Shown piece by piece: positions 52,906 to 64,000 of a stretch of 64,000 bases of DNA. The notes under the pieces were generated by a model. That model ran no database searches. It was given only the letters and a program-made list of their open reading frames with translations, and had not been told where the DNA came from. Numbering within the stretch: the first letter of the stretch is position 1; each line of letters starts with the position of its first letter. The DNA comes from Ramazzottius varieornatus. Its lineage: Eukaryota; Animalia; Tardigrada. Both the position numbers and the translations under genes were made by a program. The stretch spans positions 620,001 to 684,000 of the forward strand of contig BDGG01000008.1 of assembly GCA_001949185.1 (NCBI GenBank), given 5' to 3'.

Positions 52906-55727
52906 GGTTAATGAGATCTAATATAATAAAAATAAATATCCGCCGCCCATCAAAGTTCTAATAAGTAACCACTACTATAGTAAAGCGTCTACCTGATTTA
53001 ATAAAATATTAGTAGAACTTTCGGGGGTTTGTTAATAAACTATATTTAATATCGGAGAGCTCGACGGAAGATGTGAAATAAGAATCACAACCATCAGACC
53101 AGCAAAAATACTGTAGTACAGCTTGCACCCTGCACCTGCACACTGCAAGATGGCCGTTTGAACTCTCAGACTGTATGCAGGTGCACGATGTTAAAGGGTA
53201 TTTTTTTTGCAGTAGCCCTACTGTGCTGCTGTAGAGGCATCATTACGGCATCATTATGGCGCACTTTATAAGGCGTGGTCGCACACCGAGAAACCAACGC
53301 ACACGCATCAAAGCTCAGCAAATCAACCAGTTTTTCGAATCAGCGGTGGCGTTACCCGTATTAAAACATATTTTACGATAGATGATGGACAACTTAACAA
53401 TAATGAAATATCGCACTTCCGGTTTCAACTACTAAAATATAAATATTGGAATGCGGTGCCCAATTCTGTTTACCAAATATTATTAAATACAGCAGATGCC
53501 CAAACCATCTACTATCATCTGCTTTGATGCAAGAACGCGAACGCAAAACAAAGAAAGCGCATTTCGCATTTTGCAACGCCACCCAATTGTAGGAACTTCT
53601 ATTGAAGTGCAATATTTCTTGTGCCATAACTCGATATATTTCTAATGCGCGGCTGTGGAAATATTTTAAAACACTATTTTAGCCGACTCAGCGTCAATAA
53701 ATCATTCGAACGCACAATACATTTTAGCCGTGGCTAAAAGTATTTAAGCTGCTTTAGTTTTAGCCACGGCCAAGAACGGCTAAAGCGTCATATCTAGCTT
53801 CGTCGAGCGTTCTATAATTCTGATGGAATCAAACTTTTCAAGAGTAGCTGTGTATCACTGTAGACATTTGATAGGTAACTCAAAGTGTGTCCATAATTTC
53901 TTCTCCGCGAACAAATCAGGAACCTTTCATGGGTCGCCGCTCCGGCGGTCATCAAAGCGGTTTTCTCAAGCACTCTTGATAAAATACGAATCAAATACTC
54001 AGTGCTTCACACAGTCAGCCAGTGCTGAGTCCTTACTGGTTGTATAGTGAACTATTTGACCATCCAGTACAACTCGCATTTCAAACGCGTCTTCGAAGCC
54101 ACACCACAAATTTCTCGCCAGCGAAAAACAGAGGAAGCACACCGGACTTTTTCCGAAATATTTGCGCCTTGAAAACAAGGTCAATGATAACTTTGTTCGG
54201 TGCTTTCGTAGACTATCCAAACCGGAATATTGATCACAAATTTCCAGCCAAGACGTTGTACCACGGTAAGACGGTTTTATGCTAATGTCGATTTTGTGAA
54301 CTGTTAGACGCGACGTCGCGCTAGTGTGGAGTCGGGAATTCTGATGCAACTAGCAAACGAGAGTCGCGGTTTCGGCAAAACTCCGCATATGATGGGCCCA
54401 GCGGTAGCGCTGTCGTTTCATTTAACAGAAAACTCGATTTTGCTACCGCCGTCCATAGCTTTTGAAATTTCGTCACTTTTAAGTACCATTTGGAATACTC
54501 TGCATCTCCGTTTTAGTTACTAAAACCAGAGTCGCAGTGTTTGCGCAGTCCTGTAGTTTATTCATGTCACTAGCATAAAACGTATTTGTCGAATTTGTCG
54601 ACCCCATGGCATTGTCACAGAACGATTTGATTTGAGCAGCTTGTTTCAGTTTCTCAAGAAAGCGAGGACGGGCCACACTTATGGACAGTCATCAGTCTGA
54701 ATCTGGCCTGACGGTTCGCGCGGTTTCATGCAAGCGAGGGTTTTATATTAAGACCTGAAAATATAGGTGTCGAGTCAGGAATCGGTGATACGTAGAGCTA
54801 CCTGTCCGCAGTGGTGCGTATCGTCCTTCAATTAACCTGGTCTGATATTTGCTTCTGAACAGAAAAAAAACTACCGAATTACTGCGTCTGTCCTTGCGTA
54901 ATCGAAGCACTGAAAATTTGAAAAGGATTCCCTGTTTCTGAAACTAGGGCGGTACACTAACACACCGCCCTGGGTAATTCCAGTAACTGGGACCGTCGAA
55001 CTGATGTCTTTTATCAGTTTCGATATACTGACGTCACAGAGTACTCTTCGTGGCATTGCAGGATAGCACTGGCTGACGGTGTGTGACCGAGATGCGAGGG
55101 AATGCTACTCTCCAGGGTACAAATGAGGTGGTCAACTGGGAACCCTTGAAACAGACACCAGGAAGTTTTAGAACATGTGATTTTCGGGTCTGATGTCACG
55201 GAAAACCGGTAATCTAACCTATCACTTGTCCCCAGCGTTTCCATCCTGCCGTTCACACCCTGTTCTTCCGGGGTGGAAATTTCCACCTCTTGCATGTCAG
55301 AATAGAGTTGCTGGAATTTTCAGTTGACTAGTGTGGGCGGAGCATAACGGAGCGATTGGCCGCAGCTACGACATAGCCTGCACGCGTAGCCAGCTGGCTG
55401 TACGTACGTGCCAGATGGCTGCCATCGGGTAAGTGGGAAAATACCCCATAGACGGTGTCAGCTGGCCTATAAAAGGCGGCACGCGATGCAAAAAAATTTT
55501 GTTGTCGTTTAGTCTCACAGGCACCACATCAACAACGGAAGCATCCCCGTAAGTTGCGTGGGGCTCTGGTCAGCCATTATGACTGCCAGGCCATGCCTTA
55601 GTTTTCTGGACTTCGTCCAGTTATGGGCACGCGGACGGGGGGCAGAAACGGCAATCCATGCGCGCAAGTGGCGTATAGCTGACGAGAGGATTTTTCCAAT
55701 CCGCCGCCTCTGATCCTCAAACCGACA

Positions 55728-58140
55728 TCACAGGTGGATAGAGAAGAGTTTTCTCTAGTCTGATCCGGAAACCTGGTCATATTTCCGTTCCTGGAATAAA
55801 CTGCAGGAACCGGAAGTTACGTCAAAATTAGGGCGGTACTGTACATTGACCGAGGCACAATCAATAAGTTTGATTGACTCATAGTTGATTGGCCAAAATT
55901 GATTGTTCCTTCCATCATATGAGCTTGTCGCTGTCGCATGACGCATCTTTTGTTGATTCTCCCCTCTATAATCTTTCCACAACACTGCGATGTACTCCAT
56001 CAATCCCTTGAACGTGCTAAAGCTCCTGGAAGAGGAATACAAACTCCGGTATCAACCAGACGATGCGCCAAGCGGAGCGGACAAGCAGCTGAAAGACCTT
56101 ATCAAAGGTAGGTATTTTTCCGAAGGTTCAGTGCAGAAGTAAGGGGGTTTGTTTCACCGGATTGTTGGAATATTCCAGATCTTATTGACATCAAAGTTGC
56201 TCGAAGCGACAGTCCTGTGCTGGAGGTTGAAGAGGACTTGCAGGGGAACCTACAGCTCGACGGGCTAACGTTCGACGACTTTGAAAAGACGGCGGGTGAT
56301 GCTAACCTGTTGAACGGTAGCGCCGAACTTTATTTCTTCGAAGATGATCGCTTGAACGAGCCCGTTACAAGTGACACTGAACCTTCGTCCCACGAAATAT
56401 TTGTTCCGCGACTCCCAGATCCAAGAGTTCCGTCAAGCCAAGCTGTCAATCTCGACTACAAGAAACGTGCTATTGATTACTGGTGTAACGCTACAGCAAA
56501 GAAACGGCGGAGCTTGTCTTCAGTCCGAAACCATTTCACAAAAGTTCGGGACGAACGACAGCTAAGAGACTGGAAGAAACAGCTAGCTGAAGGCGGATCC
56601 CGATTCGACAAATTGAAAGTCATTCGCTTGGAGACAGCAAAGCAGTACTTCATGGCCAAGCAGAAGAGACAAGTAGTCAAGGATTTGGATCTTCAACGAT
56701 GGGCGATAACCGCGAATAATGATGTGGATCTACCTGGTTTCACCGCTTCGCCGTACTGGGTGTCGAAATTCAAACGGTAATTGATATCGTGCAAGAATTT
56801 ACTTATCGATTTAACGAAGGAAAATCTTCTGTATTTGAACGTCGGCAAACGGTTTCACCTGAATCGTCAGTTCACGTAGCGCACGTTACCGTACTCAATG
56901 AGTGACGGCGGCGCCACTTGAAAAAAACGACCTTTTCCAATTTGCTGGCAGTGTTCCGATGACATTTATGCTATTTTGGCAGGTACTACGGAATAGTTGA
57001 TCGAAAGATAACGAAGTTCGTCACAAAGAAGTCCCTCGAAGCAGCTCCCCAAGTCAAGCAAAGTGCAGAAGAGTGTGTTGCGCTGGTCAGATCCAGAATA
57101 GCGGAGCACGGATTGGACTGTCTTTGGAACACGGATCAGTCGGGATTTGAATATGAGATGAGGCCCGGGAGAACTTTGGAGCAGAAAGGCGTGAAACACG
57201 CCGAGGCTATAACCCAGTCCGAAAATTCCATGACTCATTCCTATACTGTCATGATGACAATCTCTACCGGCACACGAAAGTTTCATCCTATTTTGTTCAT
57301 CACCCTGAAAGAAGAAAAAGGAGTCTTTGGCCCAATCGTGTCGAAAACGATGTTCAAAGCTGATAACCTGTACATCACTGCGTCGACATCGGGAAAAATG
57401 ACGAAGAAGCTCTACCTGCAATGGTCCGAAAAAGTGTTGTTTCCGCATATGGAAGACCGCTGTATCCTTCTGGCTGACCCCTGGAAGACGTTCACCGATC
57501 AGGACGCTGTTATCGAACTCAAGCCCGAAGAGCTGCAGTACGAGATGATCACCATACCTCCCAAAGTTACTGGTAGTATCCAGCCGTTGGATGTTCTTTG
57601 CTTCCGGGTTGTACAAGGGATGTTTCAAAAAGATCTCAAATTTCGTGTTTGTTAATGATATTCCCGTACATGTCCATCATAGGGACGTAATCCTAAAACT
57701 TCATTCCTTACTGTATCAGCAGTTTCAGTAACCCAGATTCGAGAACCTAATTGTACGTGCCTGGTTCAAGTCGCGATATACTGATGAACGGGTACAGTAT
57801 GTGAACCCCGCAAGCTTCATGTTCAAGAAGCTGAATGGCCGCTGCATTCATAATAACTGTAAGAATACTGTCCTTCTGATCTGTGGGTGGTGCAAAGGAC
57901 GCCTCTGTTTTCACCATTTCTATGATGCTCATCATTTCTGTACCATCTACCTGCCTTAATGTTTTTCTGAATTTTCCACTAGATATCTTTACGAGGACGG
58001 AAGTAACAGGTTAACTTGTAGCGCCACCTGTGTTGGAATTTTGACGTAACTTCCGATTCCTGCAGTTTATTCCAGGAACGGAAATGTGACCAGGTTTCCG
58101 GTTCAGACTATAGAGAAAACTCTTCTCTATCCACCTGTGA
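55728..58140 (+). mobile_element. Full-length Tc4/Tc5-like (pogo-related) DNA transposon
   Basis: ~100-bp TIRs (TCACAGGTGGATAGAGAAGAGTTTTCTCTA...GTTACGTCAAAATT) enclose a transposase gene. Confidence 0.9.
55990..57959 (+). pseudogene. Tc5-type DDD transposase, two introns, frameshift and nonsense lesion
   Basis: FTASPYWVSKFKR, WNTDQSGF, THSYTV, SGKMTK, LLADPW and IPP..T..IQPLDV motifs, plus Cys/His tail CGWCKGRLCFHHF. +1 frameshift at ~57607 and TAA at 57729-57731. Confidence 0.85.
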
Positions 58141-58574
58141 CGTTGCCTGTGATTTTTGCCTTATTTTTTTGCGCAGAGGGAAGGGAAAAACAAGAATCAA
58201 AAATTATTTGATTAGTTTGGATAGCAGAGAGCAACTGGTATATTTGAGCCGTGTTATGTTACAAAAAATGGAGTATCGTATGATAGTCCTTGTCAAGATT
58301 GATGTGAACGGGAACCACGTTATCCAGTGCTCGCAGTGTGGTCAGAACATACACCATCGATGCCAAGAACCTGTAAGCGGTTAACGTTTTTACGGTTTGT
58401 GGTAGAGGAGACGAGTCACTAGTATAATTATGTGACATGGTTGCAGATAGAACTCCCCGCAAATTTGAAGACTAATTGCCCGGAGACAGTTCCGCCGGTG
58501 CAAGATCAGGTGTGAAATTCTTACTCGGACTGATGAGCAAAATTAAAGCTGATTTCAAGTTTAGCGCTTCGTAG

Positions 58575-60549
58575 ACCCAGAAGTCCACCAAGCGGACCAG
58601 AAAGCGGTCATCCTTGTCCCCCGAACGACTGCTGCAGCAGCCCGAGTTTCGCCACTTCGACTTCTCGCCGAAAAAACAGCACGTTGTATGTCATCCATGC
58701 AACAAGAACGTGATTACCCTCGGGACGAAGCAGACCGTATTCGAGTCGGATCTTGAGCGTCACCAAAGGACCAAGAAACACGGAAAACGAACTTCCCAGC
58801 ACACCCTCCTCAAGCCACACTATCATGCTTCATCGTCTGGCATTACCAAGCAGAAGGACTGGAACATAAAGTCGGTCATCTGTCCAGCCTGCAACAAGCC
58901 CGTAACCGCTTCTACCAGCAGCATGAGGATGCATGTGAAGACAACCTTCCACAAGATCAGCGTCCAGAAACGAGCCATGGTTTTGCACGAAAGACCCGAA
59001 AACATGCCAGTCAAGACCCGTATCAACAAGCTTCGTCGTCTCTGGTTCAGGAGTCTTACTGCCGCCGGTGTACCCATCCTTGCTAGCGATAAATTCGGAC
59101 ATTTCCTGAGGACATGCGTAGAGGGTGGCGCTGCGATACCTCAAAGGCAGCAGCTAATGACAGTCGGTATTCCTGAAATACAAGTGGCTGAAAAGAAACG
59201 CATCATGGAAAAGTTTCGCGGTAAGCATCGCATATCACGATCACAGTAGCCGAAACTGAACTGAGTTGTTCTTACAGGCAAGAAGTATTCCATCGAAGTG
59301 GACTCCAGTCCGATTGCCAAAAAACATTTCTTTGCTGTGTTACTCATACCGGAGAACTCGGGCAAAGGCGAACTCGTCAGACTGGAATTTCCTAAGAGTG
59401 TGACTGGACAAACGACGGGTGATACTGTGAAGAGCGCGATGCTGGAATACGGTCTGGATGCAGTGAACTGTCTGGCCTTCATAAAGAACATCTCGAGAAA
59501 CAGATTCCAAATGCTAAGTTCGTCGTCTGTATGGCCCACTCTTGGAACAACGTCCATGGCGAGCTGATCAAGAACCTTCCGTTGCTGGTCAAGTTTCTGG
59601 CTCGGGTTCAGAAACTCTTCTGTCATTCTGGTGCAAGGAAGCAGCAGTTCAAAGATTTCGTCATGGCTCGAGGTTTGCACTTTACATCCCCGGTGTTCTA
59701 CTGCAAAACGCGCTGGTCAACCTACTTAAGGAGCATACGATACTGGGTCAAGTACATCGACGAAATCGAGGCATTTGTCGAACAGTTGAAAGTGTCGGGT
59801 AAAGTCGCCAAGTGCCTGCAGTACCTGCGGGAGATATTCAGTAACATGGACGAAAAGTACAAGCTTCTGTTTCAGCTGCGCGCTATTGATCACATCGGTG
59901 ACAGACTCGAGGCTGAGCTGACAAAATGTGAAAACAACAGCCTACCGTTCGCCCCTTATGTGCTGGAAGCGACAGCAAGAATCTCCAGTACTTTCGAGGG
60001 TCTTCTGTTGGACAACGAACTGGATTCTCAGGCACCAGCAGAAGGAAGAACAAACGGATGGATAAGGAAACTTTGGTACACCGAAAGCAAGACCCAGCTT
60101 GTTGCTACGCTCCCTGCAGCGAAAGCCAAAGTGGATCAAGTCTCCAAGGAACATCCTGAGTCTAAGTTCCTGATGGGGGTAAGAATTTTTGAGCCCAGCC
60201 AGGCTGTGAGAATGATGGGAGGCCGAGAATGGACCAGCATGCGAGATACCATCCTTCCAAAGCAGGGCGTTACAGGGATGAGTCAAATCCCGATGGATGA
60301 GTGGAGGGTCTACCAGAAGATTGTGAAGAAGTCATGTTCATCAACGCGGAGAACCTGGATTCGTTCTGGAGAAGCCACTCGAAGGAACTACCAGTCTTGC
60401 ATGCTATTGCTCTCCAGAATATATGGACACCAGTTAATTCGGTGGAGGTTGAGAGATGTTTTAGTGTTATCAACTCGTTCTTTGGAAAAACGCGATATCA
60501 GATGAAGAAAAATAATATAGCAGTTCTGATGAGTTTGCTTTCAATATGA
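58575..60549 (+). pseudogene. Decayed hAT transposase of CGGBP-like type with two C2H2 fingers
   Basis: CHPC..HQRTKKH and CPAC..HVKTTFH fingers, AAGVP..FL..GGAAIP region, SIEVDSS, CMAH, TRW and hATC FW..LP.L..IAL..PVNSVEVERCFS motifs. Frame breaks at ~59481 and ~60325. Confidence 0.82.
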
Positions 60550-61460
60550 GACGCTTGAAAGACTTTGACACGTTTGATAATAGTCTTCAACATATGGAAT
60601 TGTACAATGCTGCCTAGTTATACAAAAAATTTGATCATGCTCAGTAAATAAGAAATTGCCATCAAGTTGTCTTTCGATTATCAGACTTCAGTTCCACACG
60701 GTTACTTGTGTAAAACTATAATAATTATATATTTCGTGATTTTCTGACGGCGCAAGTAACAATGCGGAACTGCAGTCAGCTAGTTCGTGAAGTTATGTTA
60801 ATGTGTATCGTTCTGTTTTGTCACGATTGTTTCTTGTCAGCGTAGAAAAGAGGGTTGCAGTTTCTTCCTCCGCATAACGTAATTTATGTGTGCTGGTGCG
60901 CGTCGGGCTGCAGTAGGTAGGTGCATGTCGTAGTTTAGTACCGCGCTCGGCATGCGCTCCTTCATTCGCTAAATTCGCCAAAATCTGACTATTTCCAGCA
61001 ACTGTATTCCTTCAATTCCAAGATGACAGACGTCCTGTCCGCTCGGACGACAAAGTTTGACAATGGAGCTCCTCCCCTCTCAGACTGCCGGAGATCAGAA
61101 CGTGTTGTGGTTTTACCTTGAGTCTTAACAGTCACTAGTCCTGAAACACGGTCCCGATTCACAATGAAAGAGATTAAAGCAATGGACTACACGTTGTCCG
61201 ACTTCTCGACAACTCATAAAATGATCGTTTTACTTTGCAGAAAGTAAGAGGCTATGAGCAACAAGGCAATAAGAAGAAATATTTATTTTGTCCTGATAAC
61301 TAACATCTAAAGATTACATTGCAAGATGGTCAAATCCGCAATAGAAGGTTGAACCAGAGCCCTCTGGAATTCTCACAGATGGCATCCAATCTAATAAAAA
61401 ACATTGATGAAGAAAACAGCGTTGATAGCCTGAACGGAACAGTCTTCGGACAGTAGAAGC

Positions 61461-62212
61461 TTATTTGTCCGCAGCGGTATTGGGCTTCCAGGCGATAACG
61501 CACTCCTCTCCAACAGCTTTCAACACCGTACACTGCGAACAAGCAAAGAGAATGGTAAATGCAACACAAACACGGTGTGAAGTAATTCCGAGGGAAAAGT
61601 TTTGTTCCAACCTTTCCAAGGACACTTATGAACCTGGGATAAGAGCTTACCAATAACTCGCGGCCTCCTTCGTGTTCATCTCTGATTTTCTGACCCAATT
61701 CTCCTTCAGGCAACTTCAAGTCTTCACGGACATCACCTCCTTCTGCCATCAAGGACAAGAAACCGTCATCACCAATATTCAAAAGCTGCAACAAACAATA
61801 CTCATTAGCCTGACATCCATGTGCGAGCAAGCAGCACCAACTCGAAGGTTGCAACTCACAGTGAAATCCTCGCGCTTCACGACCGGAACATCCATGTTAT
61901 GAGTAGACGGACACAAGTCGTCATACTTTCGAGAAGTGAAGATGTCCAATCCGACGAGGTGAACCTACAAGCACCAGCTCATGAACGATCACTCTGCCTG
62001 ACCCCCCACCTGCTGTCAGAGCAAAGATAACTTGCCTTAGCGTGACCATGCTTTCCAGTTTTCGACGTTGACATCTCTACAATTTTACAAGGACGGCCTT
62101 TCAACATGACGAATCCGTTCTTGCGCAACGAAGAGCACTGCTGCGGGTAGGTGGCCGAAGCTCCAGAGTCTCCGGACTGGAAGTGCTCGTCCAAATCATG
62201 TTCCTCAGCCAT
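61461..62212 (-). CDS. EIF5A: Translation factor eIF-5A; exons 62036-62212, 61860-61964, 61651-61785, 61461-61532
   Basis: Hypusine motif [25 protein letters not shown] and [10 protein letters not shown]. Confidence 0.97.
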
Positions 62213-63666
62213 CCTGCAACAGGGTTAAGGATCAAGAGGAAGAAGATGAGGAGTTGCTTGTCGCCGAAGAACCGCTATGGCAGGTGAAGCAAGGAAATTT
62301 TCCTGCCGTACGTGTCCAAGATTAGACGGCCGGTTCAAACTGTCCCACGGATGATTCGACTCACGTTTTAGAAATCGGTTAAATTTCAAATCGGATCGTC
62401 TGTGTACCTACCCACTCTATCAAACTCTCAATACGTGGTAGGCGCTCCATCTACAGCCTTGTGGTGAGCGTATCACTGTAGTCCAAGTAGGAAACAAACG
62501 GTGAATGACTCGACTGGGAACTAGTCTTACGTCATGGACCCCGTTCTATTTACTGCGCCCAACAAGCCACCTTCAAATTGTGTCTATTGCGTTAGCAGTC
62601 AGGGAGACAAGAGTGACTCGAGTGGAACTAAAGAATTTCACTTCAAAAGTATTTTACAAAATTCTTTCCCAGATTTTCGTACGGTTTCGGCTTCCACTTT
62701 TGCTGGTTGCTTCATCCATCTCTTAGAATCGGTGTTGCGTTCTGACCGGGACCCCCGTTGCGGAAAAGTAGGCGCTCATCCCTGAACAAACGATCAGAAT
62801 GGAAAACGACGCCAAGGAACGAGTCGATTTGTACATTCCCCGGAAGTGGTATGACTGAATTATCCGCAGCAAATGGTTCTTTTACTCATTTGTTTCTCTT
62901 ACAGCTCTTCCACAAACCGCCTTATCTCGGCCAAAGACCATGCTTCAATCCAGCTTAATCTGATGGAGGTAAGAATCATCCGAGCACAGCAGGCGGTTGA
63001 GAATTGATTGACATCCAGTTGGCTCCGTATGTCTCACTTGTCCGCGAGTTGATTGAGGCTTTACGAGTTGATTGAGGCATAACTGAAACTAGAGTGGATT
63101 TCTGATCTCTACAATCTACATTTATGAATGTTGAACAGGGCGGATGCTGATGGTTGTTTTTTTGTTTAAGCTGGATGGAGAAGGAAAGGCAACTGGAAAG
63201 ATAAGACCGTACGCCATTTGTGGAGAAGTGCGACGAATGGGTGAATCGGACGACTGCATAAATAGACTGGCGAAGCAACACGGACTTCTATCGAAGCAAT
63301 TTTGATTAACGAGGTACTTTTATTCGCTTCGGCATTTCCCCTGAAGGTTATGAAGAGGCTTGAGAATGTTTTTAAAGTTCGACTGCGTCGGATTTGAGAC
63401 ACCACGCTAATTCGCCAGTGAAATGGCCGACCAGCTGAACGCTATACAGATCAGTACAGTAAATGATGCTTTCCTCCTGCCATCGATGCTGTTCCATGCT
63501 ACGAAAAATATACAGGTACGATTCTGCCGTCCCTCGTAGTCATCGCACTGTCATTCGCTAGGAAACACCCGGAGGACTGAAGCTGTTCGCGAGCGGTGTG
63601 AGATGTCTGCGTAGTGATCGAAGTGAGGAGTGAAAGAGCCCGATGTTTCACTTCCGGTAGCAAATA

Positions 63667-63787
63667 CTGTAATGCTTCATGAACTTCGCGAAGTGACGTC
63701 ACAGTGCGCGTAAGATTTACGGGTATGATGACGCATGTAACACACTCTCACTATGATGTAATTCGCGAAGTTCATGAAGCATTACAG
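63667..63787. mobile_element. 121-bp TA-flanked MITE
   Basis: Perfect 26-bp TIR CTGTAATGCTTCATGAACTTCGCGAA, with TA on both sides. Confidence 0.85.
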
Positions 63788-64000
63788 TACGTCAGAGAAC
63801 TGCACTGCAGGTTTGCAGAAGAATAAGGCGAAAAGAACACACACGCTACATGACAAGGCAAATTGAACTATCGCACCAAAGTCGGACAGATCATTTGAAG
63901 TCTTCACTGCTCAAACTTCCTTTAGCCCGTCGTAAAATAGAATCTTTGGAAGGATCGTATGGGTGGTCTTTGGACGGTATTTCCAGCACGGTTGGTATGG

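Noticed and set aside
53670-53790. Repeated TTTAGCC/GGCTAAA motifs as a TE terminus
   Set aside because: No matching TIR or TSD could be identified.
54330-55300. Fragmentary minus-strand ORFs, possibly a degraded gene or TE
   Set aside because: Many stops and no recognisable motif, so no call can be supported.
62976-63702. Short minus-strand ORFs upstream of eIF5A
   Set aside because: No consistent splice model or motif.

Overview
Gene-dense, intron-rich eukaryotic (animal) DNA with mostly 45-100 bp introns. The compact layout is compatible with a tardigrade-like invertebrate, but this is inference only. Recognisable genes, all spliced by hand from GT/AG sites: EB1/MAPRE, a multi-C2-domain protein, two tandem SLC22 transporters (the second broken), POU6/pdm3, WARS2, NCBP3, an ENPP1-3-like phosphodiesterase, ACSF2, tRNA-Met(CAT), CDC5L, PSMB2 with an intronless SPATA17-like gene nested antisense in its first coding intron, COPS6 and eIF5A (with a GC-AG intron). 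Less obvious items hidden across ORF-track fragments: a 633-aa SYCP2-like meiotic axis protein (ARLD+SLD type N-terminus, apparently lacking the C-terminal coiled coil); a tandem pair of ~120-aa orphan genes (one intact, one pseudogenised); a secreted (MGPP)n plus 14-Cys orphan; and a possible BRICHOS-like gene. Mobile DNA includes a full-length but disrupted intron-containing Tc4/Tc5-like element, a decayed CGGBP-like hAT transposase and about ten MITEs. One 50-N assembly gap lies at 11723-11772. All homology calls rest on motif recognition by eye; no database searches were run.
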